49,939 bases of DNA from Candidatus Parcubacteria bacterium (GTDB taxonomy: Bacteria > Patescibacteriota > Patescibacteriia > PEXW01), in NCBI GenBank assembly GCA_003597955.1, contig QZJU01000012.1, positions 1-49,939 of the forward strand. Reading direction: 5' to 3'. The translations under genes were made by a program, and so were the position numbers. This document shows, one piece after another, positions 1 to 9,609 of the stretch. Every line of letters starts with the position of its first letter. Within the stretch, counting starts at the first letter, position 1. The notes under the pieces were generated by a model. The model did no database searches, had not been told where the DNA came from, and saw only the letters and a program-made list of their open reading frames with translations.

Positions 1-96
1 GCTCCTTTACTTCAGGAGCTATCGAGTGATGTTTTTTCATATGCCCATACGTTAATTAGTCTAGACCGTCGTGTCTAGTATATGGGGGTCAGTACA
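1..96 (-). mobile_element. IS3-family-like insertion sequence, left end (IRL and start of orfA), truncated by window edge
   Basis: Exact reverse complement of 49843-49938. The minus strand starts TGTACTGACCCCC (IS3-type 5'-TG end), and ATG at 40 reads MKKHHSIAPEVKE, an OrfA-like N-terminus. Confidence 0.75.
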
Positions 97-455
97 GACT
101 GAAAAATATAATTCGGCATTCCGTGAGCTCCCCGGGCTATTCTAAAGGCGGTCAGTGAACCCAGAGTCGCCAGCAGGACAATAAGAAAAATTGCCGCAAT
201 GGCTGAAGCAATAGGCGAGGTCCATTTTTGCGGAACAAAGGCAAACTCCAGACCAGCCAGTATCGGGAATGGATTTGTGGGTATGCCGGGCACGATGTTG
301 CCAATAAAACTCAAGATTATTAGTCCAGCTAAAAACCAAGGCGTTTCTAATATATTTACCAGAGCGTGCCTAAACTCCGGGAAAATAATCAGGCTTAGAA
401 GCCAGGGTAGATACAACCAGGTACAGGTTTTTGAAAGCTTGTCCAAAAAACTCAA
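97..455 (-). pseudogene. VTT/DedA (TVP38-like) membrane protein, 3'-truncated by the IS
   Basis: Hydrophobic ORF with PGIPTNPFPILAG and ATLGSLTAFRIAR motifs. GGAGG precedes TTG at 455. The ORF's last residues (VLTPIY) are encoded by the IS end. Confidence 0.55.
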
Positions 456-563
456 ATTTACCTCCTTAAAATATTGATTTTTCAAAGATCATCAAAATAG
501 TCTTTCAAATTTTAGTATTTTTGTCAAGCGGCGGCCTCTGTTTCAAAGGCCGTTTGGACAAAT

Positions 564-599
564 AAAAACCGCCCATTATGATTTGTGAGCGGTTTTTTT
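564..599. terminator. Intrinsic terminator-like hairpin
   Basis: AAAAACCGC...GCGGTTTTTTT just downstream of the HAD gene stop. Confidence 0.55.
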
Positions 600-608
600 A
601 AAAAAGCA

Positions 609-1268
609 TTAGATGATTTGCGGCCATTGGCTGGGTTGCAGGGTAATAAATTCAGCCTGGACGCCGGCTGCGGCAAATTCTTCGGATGTGGTGACACCAC
701 TGCAAAATGCCACGAATTCTAGGTTAAGGTTGCGAGCGGTTTCCAGGTCCACCAAGCTGTCGCCTAAGCAAACAATTTCATACGGCTTGACCCCGGCTTG
801 GAAAGCCAGCGCCAAGGCTTTTTCATACATATCAATCGCGGGCTTGGGCTTTAAGCCGTTGGTGACACCTTGAACGAAGAAAAACAAGCCTTGCGGTAGG
901 TTAGTCTGACCGAGCCGCCATTGCAGGCTTTCGTGATCGCGATTGGAAATTAATGCTAGTTTTATTTGTCTTGCCTTCATTTCCAACAAAACTTCGTTGA
1001 CACCGGCAATCATCGGGAATTTTTTGCCTGCAAAAAAAGTTAAAAATGCTCGTTTGGCTAACTGCCAATCTTTTGGCCATAAGATTTTTAACATTTCATC
1101 CCAATCCCGGCCCCAGATTTTTCGGAAAATTTCAAAATTGGGTTCAGGCAAGTTGAGCTGTTGGGCCAGGGAAAGGTGCAGGCTGTAGCTCACTGTGAAA
1201 CTATCAATCACGGTTCCATCAAAGTCAAAAATGCAGGCCTTGAATTTTGGCCGTTTGTGATTTGTCAA
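609..1268 (-). CDS. HAD-family hydrolase (phosphoglycolate phosphatase-like)
   Basis: DFDGT motif I, SN motif II, KP motif III and GDSLVD motif IV. Confidence 0.9.
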   Translation of the reverse strand: MTNHKRPKFKACIFDFDGTVIDSFTVSYSLHLSLAQQLNLPEPNFEIFRKIWGRDWDEMLKILWPKDWQLAKRAFLTFFAGKKFPMIAGVNEVLLEMKARQIKLALISNRDHESLQWRLGQTNLPQGLFFFVQGVTNGLKPKPAIDMYEKALALAFQAGVKPYEIVCLGDSLVDLETARNLNLEFVAFCSGVTTSEEFAAAGVQAEFITLQPSQWPQII

Positions 1269-1492
1269 TTTTTACCTCACTTTTTTGGTTTTTTGTCTTA
1301 TGGATTTGGTGAATCTAGCATTCCGATTTAAAACCGTCAAATTTATTCGTGCGCTATTTACCCCGCATCAAAAGCAAATCGGTTTCTGGCTTAAAAGGCG
1401 GAGGGGCGGTCACGCCGCTTCCCGTAGTTTCTGCCCCCCGGGTGGTTTAAGCTTCATTTTATTTTTAGGTTTTTAGTTGGTAGAATGTAGTT

Positions 1493-2221
1493 ATGAAACT
1501 CAAAAAAGGCGCTTTTATAATGGTTGACGGCATTGATGGATCGGGCAAGGGCACGGTGGTTAGTGCCTATGGGGCTTGGGCGAAGAGACAGGGCCTGAAA
1601 ATCTTGGATGTGCGAGCATTCTCGCAAAAACAAAGACGGTTGCCAGAACCTGAAGAATTGAAGCCGTATCAGCTGATATTATCCGGTGAACCGACTTATG
1701 ACGGTATTGGCCAAGCAATTCGGGAAGAATTTATCAAAGCAAACGGACGATTGTATTCTGCCCAGGCCACGGCCGAAGCTTTTAGTTTGGATCGATTGGT
1801 TCTGTACACCCGAGTAATTCTGCCGGCGACAAAACAGAAAAAACTTGTCATCCAAGAGCGGGGCTTAACCACCTCGATTTGTTACCAGCCCATTCAAGGC
1901 CAAATTTCTTTAAAAGTTTTGCTGCGTTTGGAAGGCAATCGGTTTGCCTTAAAAAACCGGCCGGACCTTCTGTTAATCGTTGTCTGTGAGCCGAAGATTT
2001 GTATCCAACGTCTGCAGAAAAGACTGCATAAACAAGACCAGGCGATTTTTGAGAAATTGAATTTTTTAAAAAAGGCCGATACGCGCTTTCGGAGCCCGTG
2101 GTTTGCGGATATTTTCCGGAAGCGGGGTAGTGTTGTGGGTTATTTGGACACCCAAGACACAGTTTTGGAAACTCAAAAAGAAGCGGTGGGCTACATTAAT
2201 GATTTTTTGGAAAGAATATGA
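1493..2221 (+). CDS. tmk: Thymidylate kinase
   Basis: DGIDGSGKGT P-loop; EP, DR, ER...YQ and PDL motifs. Confidence 0.88.
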   Translation: MKLKKGAFIMVDGIDGSGKGTVVSAYGAWAKRQGLKILDVRAFSQKQRRLPEPEELKPYQLILSGEPTYDGIGQAIREEFIKANGRLYSAQATAEAFSLDRLVLYTRVILPATKQKKLVIQERGLTTSICYQPIQGQISLKVLLRLEGNRFALKNRPDLLLIVVCEPKICIQRLQKRLHKQDQAIFEKLNFLKKADTRFRSPWFADIFRKRGSVVGYLDTQDTVLETQKEAVGYINDFLERI

Positions 2222-3762
2222 AATTAGAACCTGTTATTGGTTTGGAAATTCACATTCAGCTGGCCACGGCCAGCAAGATGTTTTGCGCCTGCGCAAATGT
2301 GGAAACCGAAGCGCCGGCCAATTCCGCGGTCTGTCCAGTGTGTTTGGGTCACCCCGGGGTTTTGCCGGCGCCGAATCAGCAGGCTTTCAATTTTGCCATT
2401 CGTTTTGCGCAAAGTTTGAATTTTGAAGTTCCGAAACTGACCAAATTCGATCGTAAGCATTATGCGTACCCAGATTTGCCCAAAGGTTATCAGATTTCCC
2501 AGGCCGATCTGCCGCTCGGCAAAAACGGCCACTTGCTCATTGATGTGGCGGGCGGAACGCATCGTGTCCAGTTTGAGCGGATCCATTTGGAAGAAGATTC
2601 GGCCAAGAATGTGCATGCCCCGGATGGAAAAATTTTGGTGGATTTCAACCGCGCTGGCACACCGCTTTTGGAGCTGGTCACCACACCAAGTCTGCCCTCG
2701 CCGGAAATCGCCAAGGCGCTTTTGATCGAACTTCAAAAAATCGCCCGGCACCTGGGAATTTCCAATGCCGATATGGAAGCCGGACATTTGCGCTGTGATG
2801 CTAACATTTCCTTACGGCCCAGCCCGGAATTTTTTTCTCAAGCGCCGATTCAGCCAAATGCCCAGGGGTTTTTCCCCAAGACGGAGGTCAAGAATTTAAA
2901 TTCTTTCCGCAGCGTGGAAAGGGCTTTAAAGTATGAAATTCAGCGCCAAACGAAGCTTTGGCAAACCAAACAGCCGCCCGTTTCAGACTCAACCCGCGGT
3001 TGGGATGAGCGGCGAGGCGAAACCACGCCCCAGCGTGAAAAAGAAACCAGCGCTGATTATCGATATTTCGCCGAGCCGGACATTCCGTTTGTTGCGTTGT
3101 CGGACAAATATTTACAAACCAACCAGACTGATTTAATTGAACTGCCTCGAGAAAAAGCCAAAAGGTTTAAAACCCAGTATCAGCTTTCAGCCAATGACGC
3201 AAAGTTATTAACTACGGATTTGCATTTGGCAAATTGGTTCGAAGCTGTTATTTCCGAATTGCAGAAATGGCTGACCAGCCGCCAGGGGCAAATTGCAGAA
3301 ATGGCTGAAGAAGATTGGACCAAAGCCAACCAAAAATTGGTAAAGCATGCGGCTGGCTGGATTACCACCAAACTTTTTGGGATTTTAAAGGCAGAACAGC
3401 TGGAAACCCGGGATTTAAAAATCACAGCTGAAGATTTTGCGGAGTTTCTGACCATGCTTTACGAGCATCAAATGAACAGCACCGTAGCCCAAGTGGTTTT
3501 AAAGGAGATGGTAAAAACCGGCATGGATCCGCACCGGATTTTAACCGAAAAGGATTTGCGGCAACTAAGCGACCCAAAGGACATTGTCGGCTTAGTCGAC
3601 CAAGTCTTGGCCGAGAACCAGGAAATTGTGGCCGACATTCAGGCTGGTAAGCGGACCAAAGCCCAATATCTAATTGGCCAAGTAATGAAATTAAGCAAAG
3701 GCAAAGCCGATCCTGATATCATCAAAGAATTGCTTTCAAACAAGCTAAATCTTCTGATCTGA
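2218..3762 (+). CDS. gatB: Asp/Glu-tRNA amidotransferase subunit B
   Basis: VIGLEIH, FDRKHY.YPDLPKGYQISQ, HLEED, LRCDANIS, EVKNLNS and DYRYF.EPD motifs. Confidence 0.97.
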   Translation: MKLEPVIGLEIHIQLATASKMFCACANVETEAPANSAVCPVCLGHPGVLPAPNQQAFNFAIRFAQSLNFEVPKLTKFDRKHYAYPDLPKGYQISQADLPLGKNGHLLIDVAGGTHRVQFERIHLEEDSAKNVHAPDGKILVDFNRAGTPLLELVTTPSLPSPEIAKALLIELQKIARHLGISNADMEAGHLRCDANISLRPSPEFFSQAPIQPNAQGFFPKTEVKNLNSFRSVERALKYEIQRQTKLWQTKQPPVSDSTRGWDERRGETTPQREKETSADYRYFAEPDIPFVALSDKYLQTNQTDLIELPREKAKRFKTQYQLSANDAKLLTTDLHLANWFEAVISELQKWLTSRQGQIAEMAEEDWTKANQKLVKHAAGWITTKLFGILKAEQLETRDLKITAEDFAEFLTMLYEHQMNSTVAQVVLKEMVKTGMDPHRILTEKDLRQLSDPKDIVGLVDQVLAENQEIVADIQAGKRTKAQYLIGQVMKLSKGKADPDIIKELLSNKLNLLI

Positions 3763-4653
3763 AGTTAAAAATCGTCTGACTAAAACCTGCGCTTGGCGAA
3801 AATTTTTTAGCCAGTGGATGTTCGGATTTCTTTTAAACCAGGTTATTTGGCGTTTGGCGTAATGCCAAATGGCATAAGACAATCGGCTTTCCATTTCAGT
3901 TCGGGTAATTTTTTTCTGCAAAAATAAGGTCACAAACCGATATTCCAAACCCAAAGCCAGCAGCCGTTTTGCAGGCACACCCTGGCGCAATAAGCCCTTG
4001 ACTTCCGAAATCATACCTGCTCGAATTCTTTGCTTAAGTCGTTTCTGGATTTTCTTTTTCAGTGCTGGTTTGTTGGTCTGAATACCTACCCAAAGAACCT
4101 TATACGGTTGGCTTTGGCGCAGCCGCGGGACGGATTTTTTGCTGGCTAAAACTATTTCCAAAGCCCGAACTAATCTTATGGGATTCTGCTTGTCGATGTT
4201 TTTGGCCCGCCCCGGGTCTAGTTTTTTTAAGCTCGCGAACAACTTTTCCGTTGACCAGCGGCTAAGCTTTCTTCGCAGTTTAAAGTTTGGTTTAATATGG
4301 GGTATTTGCCAGCCGTAAAGCAGAGCGTCTAGCCAAAAACCCGTGCCGCCGACCACTATGGGAATCTTGCGACGATAATTAATGTCTTGAATTTTCGCCT
4401 GCGCTATTTTTTGAAAATCCGTTACCGTGAAAAGTTTTTTGGGGTGGGCGACATCCAAAAGGTGATGGGGGATCCCGCCCATTTGACTCTTCGTAATTTT
4501 GCCGCTGCCAATATTTAAATTTTTGTAGACTTGCCTGGAATCCGCGGAAATTATTTCACCCCCAACCAGCTTGGCTATTCTTACTCCCCAGGCAGACTTG
4601 CCCGCAGCATTGGGTCCCACCAGTGCTATGACTTTTACGGTTTTTTTTGGCAT
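3745..4653 (-). CDS. miaA: tRNA dimethylallyltransferase
   Basis: GPNAAGKS, ISADSRQVY, VGGTG, RALE and YAKRQITWF motifs. Confidence 0.96.
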   Translation of the reverse strand: MPKKTVKVIALVGPNAAGKSAWGVRIAKLVGGEIISADSRQVYKNLNIGSGKITKSQMGGIPHHLLDVAHPKKLFTVTDFQKIAQAKIQDINYRRKIPIVVGGTGFWLDALLYGWQIPHIKPNFKLRRKLSRWSTEKLFASLKKLDPGRAKNIDKQNPIRLVRALEIVLASKKSVPRLRQSQPYKVLWVGIQTNKPALKKKIQKRLKQRIRAGMISEVKGLLRQGVPAKRLLALGLEYRFVTLFLQKKITRTEMESRLSYAIWHYAKRQITWFKRNPNIHWLKNFRQAQVLVRRFLTSDQKI

Positions 4654-4856
4654 ATTCTAATTTCAGTATGATTTGCTTTTTAAGTCAATCCGTGGTAAAA
4701 TATAAGAGACAAATTAGCTAAAATAATGAGGATATGGCAGATTTGAAGGCAAATTTTGCAAAATTCTACTTCTTTCAACTTCTTATTAAATTTTAGGAGG
4801 TTTTAATGACCGAGCTTTTAACAGCTCGTTTTTTAAAATTAAAATTTTAAGACTAT

Positions 4857-7800
4857 ATGGCTATACCCGAAAATAAAATAAAACCGAACGGCAAAAAGGT
4901 TTTGGTGAAAACCAAAGCGACGACTTATTCGGCCGTTAGGCTTTCACAAGTTCTAATGACCGCGGCTGCTATGTTTGCCACCGGTGTAATTAGTGCCAGC
5001 TTGATTATCGCAGCTCTACCCAAGAGTATAAAGCAATCCGTTGCTAAGCCTATGGCGCCACTTTCGGTAAACGAAAGTCTGCCCGGCGAAGTCCTGGTGA
5101 AATTTAAAAGCGGTCTTACCCAATCAGTTCGGTTGGCCGCTATCAACACAGCTCTTAAGCAGTCGATTAAATGTGTAGTGACCCGGACTTATGTTGAGAA
5201 GAAGTGGCTCAAGAGCAGCGTAAAAACCGCAAGTTCGTTGACAAGTTGTCAAGTGAAACTCAAGAGTTTGAGTCCGGTCGCGTCGGTCGTCGAGGTAGTA
5301 AACGATAAGTATCCCGACCGGGCAAAACGCGCCCAAACCGAGCTGGCGAGTTCAACCCGGGATGATTTAAAAAATTGGTACATTTTGCGAGTGACCGGTA
5401 ACCCGGATTTAAATTCTTTGGTTAAGGCCTTGGTGGGTGCTAAAAATGTGGTCAAAGTCGAAAAGAATCCAAAATTATCCGCGGCTATGGCTTCGGCCTA
5501 TAACCCAGCCTCCGTTGAAGCGGCACAGAATAGTGTATACAGTTTAGCGGGCGATGTTAACAGCGACGGCATTGTAAATTGGGCTGATGCTAAATATGTG
5601 GAAAACCACTTGTTCACTGGCGGTCCCGCCCCCGCCAAGGTTGAACTTGCAGATTTTAACGGTAACCGAAATGTGGACCAAGCCGATCTGGTTTTGTTGA
5701 CTAAGTCTTTGAATACCGGTTTGGCCACGCCCAAAGATTTGAACGCAGACGGCAAAGTTGATTTGAATGATGCTTACTATTTGAATAATTATGTCGTTGG
5801 TTCTGGTTCGCCGCCCGCTACCTTAAGTAATGCGGATTTGAATGTTGATGGGCATGTGGGTATTGTCGATGTGATTTTGTATTCGCTTTATGTTCAGAAC
5901 AGCGCCGGCCAACCGACCTGCCTTAAGGGTGATGCGAATGCCGATGGTTTGGTAAATTTACAGGATGCCTATTATATCAGCGATAATTTATTTAGGAACG
6001 GGGCTTCTCCCGCCGCAGTGGGTTGCGCCGACGTCAGTGGGAATGGGGAAGTTGACATTAGTGACGCCTTGATTTTGACTCGCTTGCAGGCCAAAACGCC
6101 CCTGGTAAAAGCATTGGACTTTTCGGCGGCTACCTATATAAATGAAATTATTAGCCCTTTGCCCGTGCCTCAAGAATTCCCAGTGCCAGCTTTCTTAACC
6201 GGTGATGTTAATGGGGATAACAAAGTCGATTACGCCGACGCTTTGTTTTTGGCAAATTATGTTTTTAATTCTGGACCTTCGCCAGAGCCTTTGAGTCGGG
6301 GTGATTTAAATGCCGACAATAAAGTCGATGTGGCTGATGTGAATATATTGTTTGACTTGACCCTGCCGTATAGTCAATTCGCGCCGCGTTTAAGTTTGGC
6401 TGATTTAAATTCTGATGGTAAGGTTGACGAAAGTGACGCACAAATTATATTTAATTTTTCAATCAATAAAATCTCTACTATCGATGTGAGTAAAGCCGAC
6501 ATTACTAATGATACTAAAGTGGACTTTGTTGATTTTTATGTTTTAAACGATTATCTAAAAGATCAGCTAACGACCACGTTTACCATCGGTTCATTAGTTA
6601 CGGATGCATCTTACGAATTCATTTTTGGTGATGTAAACGGTGACAACCAGGTAAACCTTACTGATGCTGATTTCTTGTTAGCATACCTTTATAAAAAGGG
6701 CCCAGCTCCTTCACCTTTAGTCCGCGGTGATATAAATGGTAACAATGTGATAACTATCCTGGATGTCACGGCTTTGTTAACATTGCTTAATACTCAAAGC
6801 GAAAACACACCAGTGCTTGACGGTGATATTAATAAAGATCAGGTTGTTGACGGCAAAGATGTCGATGTCTTATTTGATGCCCTGAGGAGAGGAACGGTTT
6901 TAGGAGGCGACATTAATCGTGACGGTCGTAACAACGATTTGATTGATCTATTCGCATTAGTTGATTTGCTAAAATTGGATGAAAACAATAAGCCTTTGTA
7001 TGATTTTAATAATGATGGGGTAGTGAATTTGAGCGATGTTGATTTTCTACTGGCTTACCTTTACAAAAACGGTCCTGCGCCGACAAACTTGGTTGCGGCA
7101 GATTTAAATAGTGATGGCCAAGTGAGTATGGCTGATGTAATCGCTATGCTTAATGGCTTGAAGGCCATTAATTCACTACAATTTACAGTTGGGGATGCAA
7201 ATAAAGACGGTTTAATAACTCCAGTTGATGTTGATTTTCTACTGGCTTACCTTTACAAAAACGGTCCTGCGCCAGATCCATTGGGCAGAGGGGATTTAAC
7301 TAATGATGGCAAAGTTAATATGATTGATGTTGTTTGGTTATTAAATCGTTTATACCCGACTGTAAATCCGCCTGCGGCCACGAATCGAATTAAGGTTGGA
7401 ATTTTAGACACCGGCCTAAACAAAGAACCGGGCACGGTCAGCGCCACGGCAGTAATTAACTATGACGTGCCTGGCAACAAGAAAGATGACGACAAAAATG
7501 GTTACGTTGATGACGCGTTTGGTTGGAATGCGTTGACCAACGGTTCAACAAGGGACTTTAACGGTCACGGCACCGCGGTTGCCAAAGTTATCCATACCAT
7601 CGCCCCAAAGGCCGAATTATTTCCGGTTACGGTTCTGAATCAACAGGGCGTAGGGGATTGCAAGACGGTATCGCAAGGTATAAATTACGCTGTTCGCCAA
7701 GGCGCGGATATTATTAATATCAGCGCCAGTGGTAAAGGCATTTGTACTTTACTGAAAGACGTGGTGGCTTACGCTCAAGCAAATGGCGTAATTGTGATCA

Positions 7801-8114
7801 TGGCGGCCGGCAATGATTCGACAAATGTCGTCAATCTGCAATCTCGAACTGACGCTTTGGTGGTTGGCGCCGCTGAATCAGGAAAACGCGTTAAATACAC
7901 TAATGCCGCCAACATCTATGCCCCAGATAGGGATGTCAAAAGCCAGAAGCGTGGAACCTCGTACAGTGCGGCATATGTCAGTGGAGGTGCGGCCTTAGTT
8001 TTAACAAAGAGTAATAACTTAACCGTTGACCAGCTGCAAAATCAATTGGTCAACACAGCCAAGCTCTACACCAGCGGCGTAAAAATGATAGATTTGCAAG
8101 AAGCGACCAAATAA
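4857..8114 (+). CDS. Membrane-anchored/secreted S8 (subtilisin-like) serine protease with nine dockerin-like domains
   Basis: N-terminal hydrophobic segment, propeptide (PGEVLVKFK), 18 DxNxDGxVxxxD-type loops in 9 pairs, and catalytic motifs ILDTG, HGTAVA, AAGN and GTS. Confidence 0.9.
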   Translation: MAIPENKIKPNGKKVLVKTKATTYSAVRLSQVLMTAAAMFATGVISASLIIAALPKSIKQSVAKPMAPLSVNESLPGEVLVKFKSGLTQSVRLAAINTALKQSIKCVVTRTYVEKKWLKSSVKTASSLTSCQVKLKSLSPVASVVEVVNDKYPDRAKRAQTELASSTRDDLKNWYILRVTGNPDLNSLVKALVGAKNVVKVEKNPKLSAAMASAYNPASVEAAQNSVYSLAGDVNSDGIVNWADAKYVENHLFTGGPAPAKVELADFNGNRNVDQADLVLLTKSLNTGLATPKDLNADGKVDLNDAYYLNNYVVGSGSPPATLSNADLNVDGHVGIVDVILYSLYVQNSAGQPTCLKGDANADGLVNLQDAYYISDNLFRNGASPAAVGCADVSGNGEVDISDALILTRLQAKTPLVKALDFSAATYINEIISPLPVPQEFPVPAFLTGDVNGDNKVDYADALFLANYVFNSGPSPEPLSRGDLNADNKVDVADVNILFDLTLPYSQFAPRLSLADLNSDGKVDESDAQIIFNFSINKISTIDVSKADITNDTKVDFVDFYVLNDYLKDQLTTTFTIGSLVTDASYEFIFGDVNGDNQVNLTDADFLLAYLYKKGPAPSPLVRGDINGNNVITILDVTALLTLLNTQSENTPVLDGDINKDQVVDGKDVDVLFDALRRGTVLGGDINRDGRNNDLIDLFALVDLLKLDENNKPLYDFNNDGVVNLSDVDFLLAYLYKNGPAPTNLVAADLNSDGQVSMADVIAMLNGLKAINSLQFTVGDANKDGLITPVDVDFLLAYLYKNGPAPDPLGRGDLTNDGKVNMIDVVWLLNRLYPTVNPPAATNRIKVGILDTGLNKEPGTVSATAVINYDVPGNKKDDDKNGYVDDAFGWNALTNGSTRDFNGHGTAVAKVIHTIAPKAELFPVTVLNQQGVGDCKTVSQGINYAVRQGADIINISASGKGICTLLKDVVAYAQANGVIVIMAAGNDSTNVVNLQSRTDALVVGAAESGKRVKYTNAANIYAPDRDVKSQKRGTSYSAAYVSGGAALVLTKSNNLTVDQLQNQLVNTAKLYTSGVKMIDLQEATK
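7035..7273 (+). repeat. 47-bp perfect direct repeat (7035-7081 and 7227-7273) between dockerin units 8 and 9
   Basis: GATGTTGATTTTCTACTGGCTTACCTTTACAAAAACGGTCCTGCGCC occurs twice, 192 bp apart. Confidence 0.9.
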
Positions 8115-8118
8115 TCGT

Positions 8119-8253
8119 ATGGACGAAACCGTCACAAAAACCGCCAAAACATCCAAAGCGACAAAAGTCGTCATTGGCATAGTCGCTGTTACAGTGGTTG
8201 CTTTAGGTGTAGTATTTGGTTACGCTATGTATATTGGTGGATTCTCCAAGTAA
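8119..8253 (+). CDS. 44-aa single-pass membrane microprotein (below ORF-track cutoff)
   Basis: Translates as MDETVTKTAKTSKATKVVIGIVAVTVVALGVVFGYAMYIGGFSK*. Starts 4 nt after the protease stop and lies before the terminator. Confidence 0.65.
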   Translation: MDETVTKTAKTSKATKVVIGIVAVTVVALGVVFGYAMYIGGFSK

Positions 8254-8274
8254 GTAAATTTAGTTTTAATTGTA

Positions 8275-8316
8275 AAAACCCCGTCTTTTTGGTTAAAGGC
8301 GGGGTTTGATTTTTTT
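8275..8316. terminator. Bidirectional terminator
   Basis: AAAACCCCGTC...GGCGGGGTTTG plus a T-run, between convergent genes. Confidence 0.65.
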
Positions 8317-8320
8317 GTCC

Positions 8321-8641
8321 CTAGCTGCCGCAAATTCTGTTCATTTCATTGTAATATTGGATTTTCTCCCACTGTCCTCTTTTTAGTTCAATTTCAGTCT
8401 TTTCATGAAAAGGGCAGAACCCCTTTTTGCTACTTATTGCGTAACATTGAGGACAGTAATAAATTTCTTGGTCAAATTTTGGGTTTGAAGAATCGGGCAT
8501 TATTCGAATGCCGACTTTCGGAAACCGATTCTGATACTTATACCTTTTGCGGCAATAGCGGAAAACCGTAAACAGAAAAAGCAAACTTAAGCTGATATAG
8601 AGGGCCGGGTGCACATTCAGCAGCCAATTCAAAGGCTTCAT
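8321..8641 (-). CDS. Small membrane protein with a Cys/His metal-binding ribbon
   Basis: N-terminal TM helix, YYCPQC...GFCPFH motif, and GGAGG RBS upstream. Confidence 0.7.
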   Translation of the reverse strand: MKPLNWLLNVHPALYISLSLLFLFTVFRYCRKRYKYQNRFPKVGIRIMPDSSNPKFDQEIYYCPQCYAISSKKGFCPFHEKTEIELKRGQWEKIQYYNEMNRICGS

Positions 8642-8749
8642 TTTATCCTCCTTTTTTGAAGAGCGCTTTTGTTGCCTTTGAATTTAGCATTGAAATTTTT
8701 ATCGGTCAAATGTATAGTGAATCAAAGGCTTTTTAAAGTTTGATTTTTT

Positions 8750-9211
8750 ATGTATCTGAAGCTTCCGTATTTTAAGCAAATTAATGGCTACGCTTGCGGT
8801 CCCGCAGTCTTGCAGATGCTTTTGCGGCATTATGGTATTGCCAAAAGCCAAAAAACCCTATTCAGGCAAGCCAAAACAAATTCCAAGGTCGGCACTTCAA
8901 CCACTAATATGGTTAAAGTTCTTAAAGCTTATGGTTTGAAGACGCGTGAATTTAATTCGGCAAATTTTGACATTCTGACACGGGAAATCAAAAAATCGCA
9001 GCCGATTCTTGTGAAATATTTAGAACCGGGAGAAAATGAAGTCCATTATGCCATAGTGTTAGGCTTGAAAAGAGAGAATTTGATTTTGAACGATCCCTGG
9101 CACGGCCGGGCATACGCTTTCCCCAAAAAAGCTTTCAGATTGCGATGGCGTAACCTTAAACACCCAAAAAGATTATCCGGCTGGTTTTTAACGGTTTTGG
9201 CAAAAAAATGA
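8750..9211 (+). CDS. Stand-alone peptidase C39-like cysteine protease
   Basis: Q....CGPA, HY and DP motifs of the C39 family; no ABC transporter domain. Confidence 0.85.
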   Translation: MYLKLPYFKQINGYACGPAVLQMLLRHYGIAKSQKTLFRQAKTNSKVGTSTTNMVKVLKAYGLKTREFNSANFDILTREIKKSQPILVKYLEPGENEVHYAIVLGLKRENLILNDPWHGRAYAFPKKAFRLRWRNLKHPKRLSGWFLTVLAKK

Positions 9212-9243
9212 AAAATTTTACCTTCGGCAGATAAGGGCTACCC

Positions 9244-9291
9244 TTGACAAATCCTGCAGATCTGCTAAGCTCATTTGCTTGGTTCTTTAAA
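9244..9291 (+). promoter_or_regulatory. Sigma70-type promoter with boxA-like element
   Basis: TTGACA (9244), 16-nt spacer containing TG, TAAGCT (9266), then GTTCTTTAAA at 9282-9291. Confidence 0.55.
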
Positions 9292-9303
9292 GTAAAAAAT
9301 ATT

Positions 9304-9572
9304 GAGAAGGGCGTGCCGATTACAGTTGCCAGCATGATTACAAAGATAGCGTTGGCGCTTTACCGAACGCAGGCCAAAAAAGCCTTTGGTGATGACCCCA
9401 GCCAGCAAAAAAGCCGGTCGGAATGCTCTACCAGAGGCACTTAAACCCCGCGGGTTCGCCCGCCTGCCATAAATGGCATGTCGGGCAGGTCCGCTGTTCT
9501 GTTCAGGCTAAATGCCTGGTTTCCGCGCAACATCAGACTTGTAACCTAGTTTAGCGGTGGCACGCCCTTCTC
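9304..9572 (+). ncRNA. Candidate structured ncRNA (~270 nt), family unassigned
   Basis: Perfect 14-bp terminal stem 9304-9317/9559-9572 with further nested pairings. Promoter upstream, terminator downstream, no credible ORF. Confidence 0.5.
9459..9489 (-). repeat. CCTG+hairpin REP-like palindrome
   Basis: Minus strand reads CCTGCCCGACATGCCATTTATGGCAGGCGGG. The ends resemble those of the element at 48647-48759. Confidence 0.6.
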
Positions 9573-9609
9573 TTACTCCGGATTTAAAAAACCAGCAAGA
9601 TTTATCTTT

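Noticed and set aside
9244-9444. 66-aa ORF from the track
   Set aside because: It starts at the TTG of the -35 box, has no RBS, and overlaps the structured RNA candidate.
9304-9572. Retron msr-msd, SRP RNA, RNase P RNA or tmRNA
   Set aside because: No reverse transcriptase is in the window, and there is no SRP helix-8 GGAA/GCAGC motif, no GAGGAAAGTCC and no tRNA-like ends.
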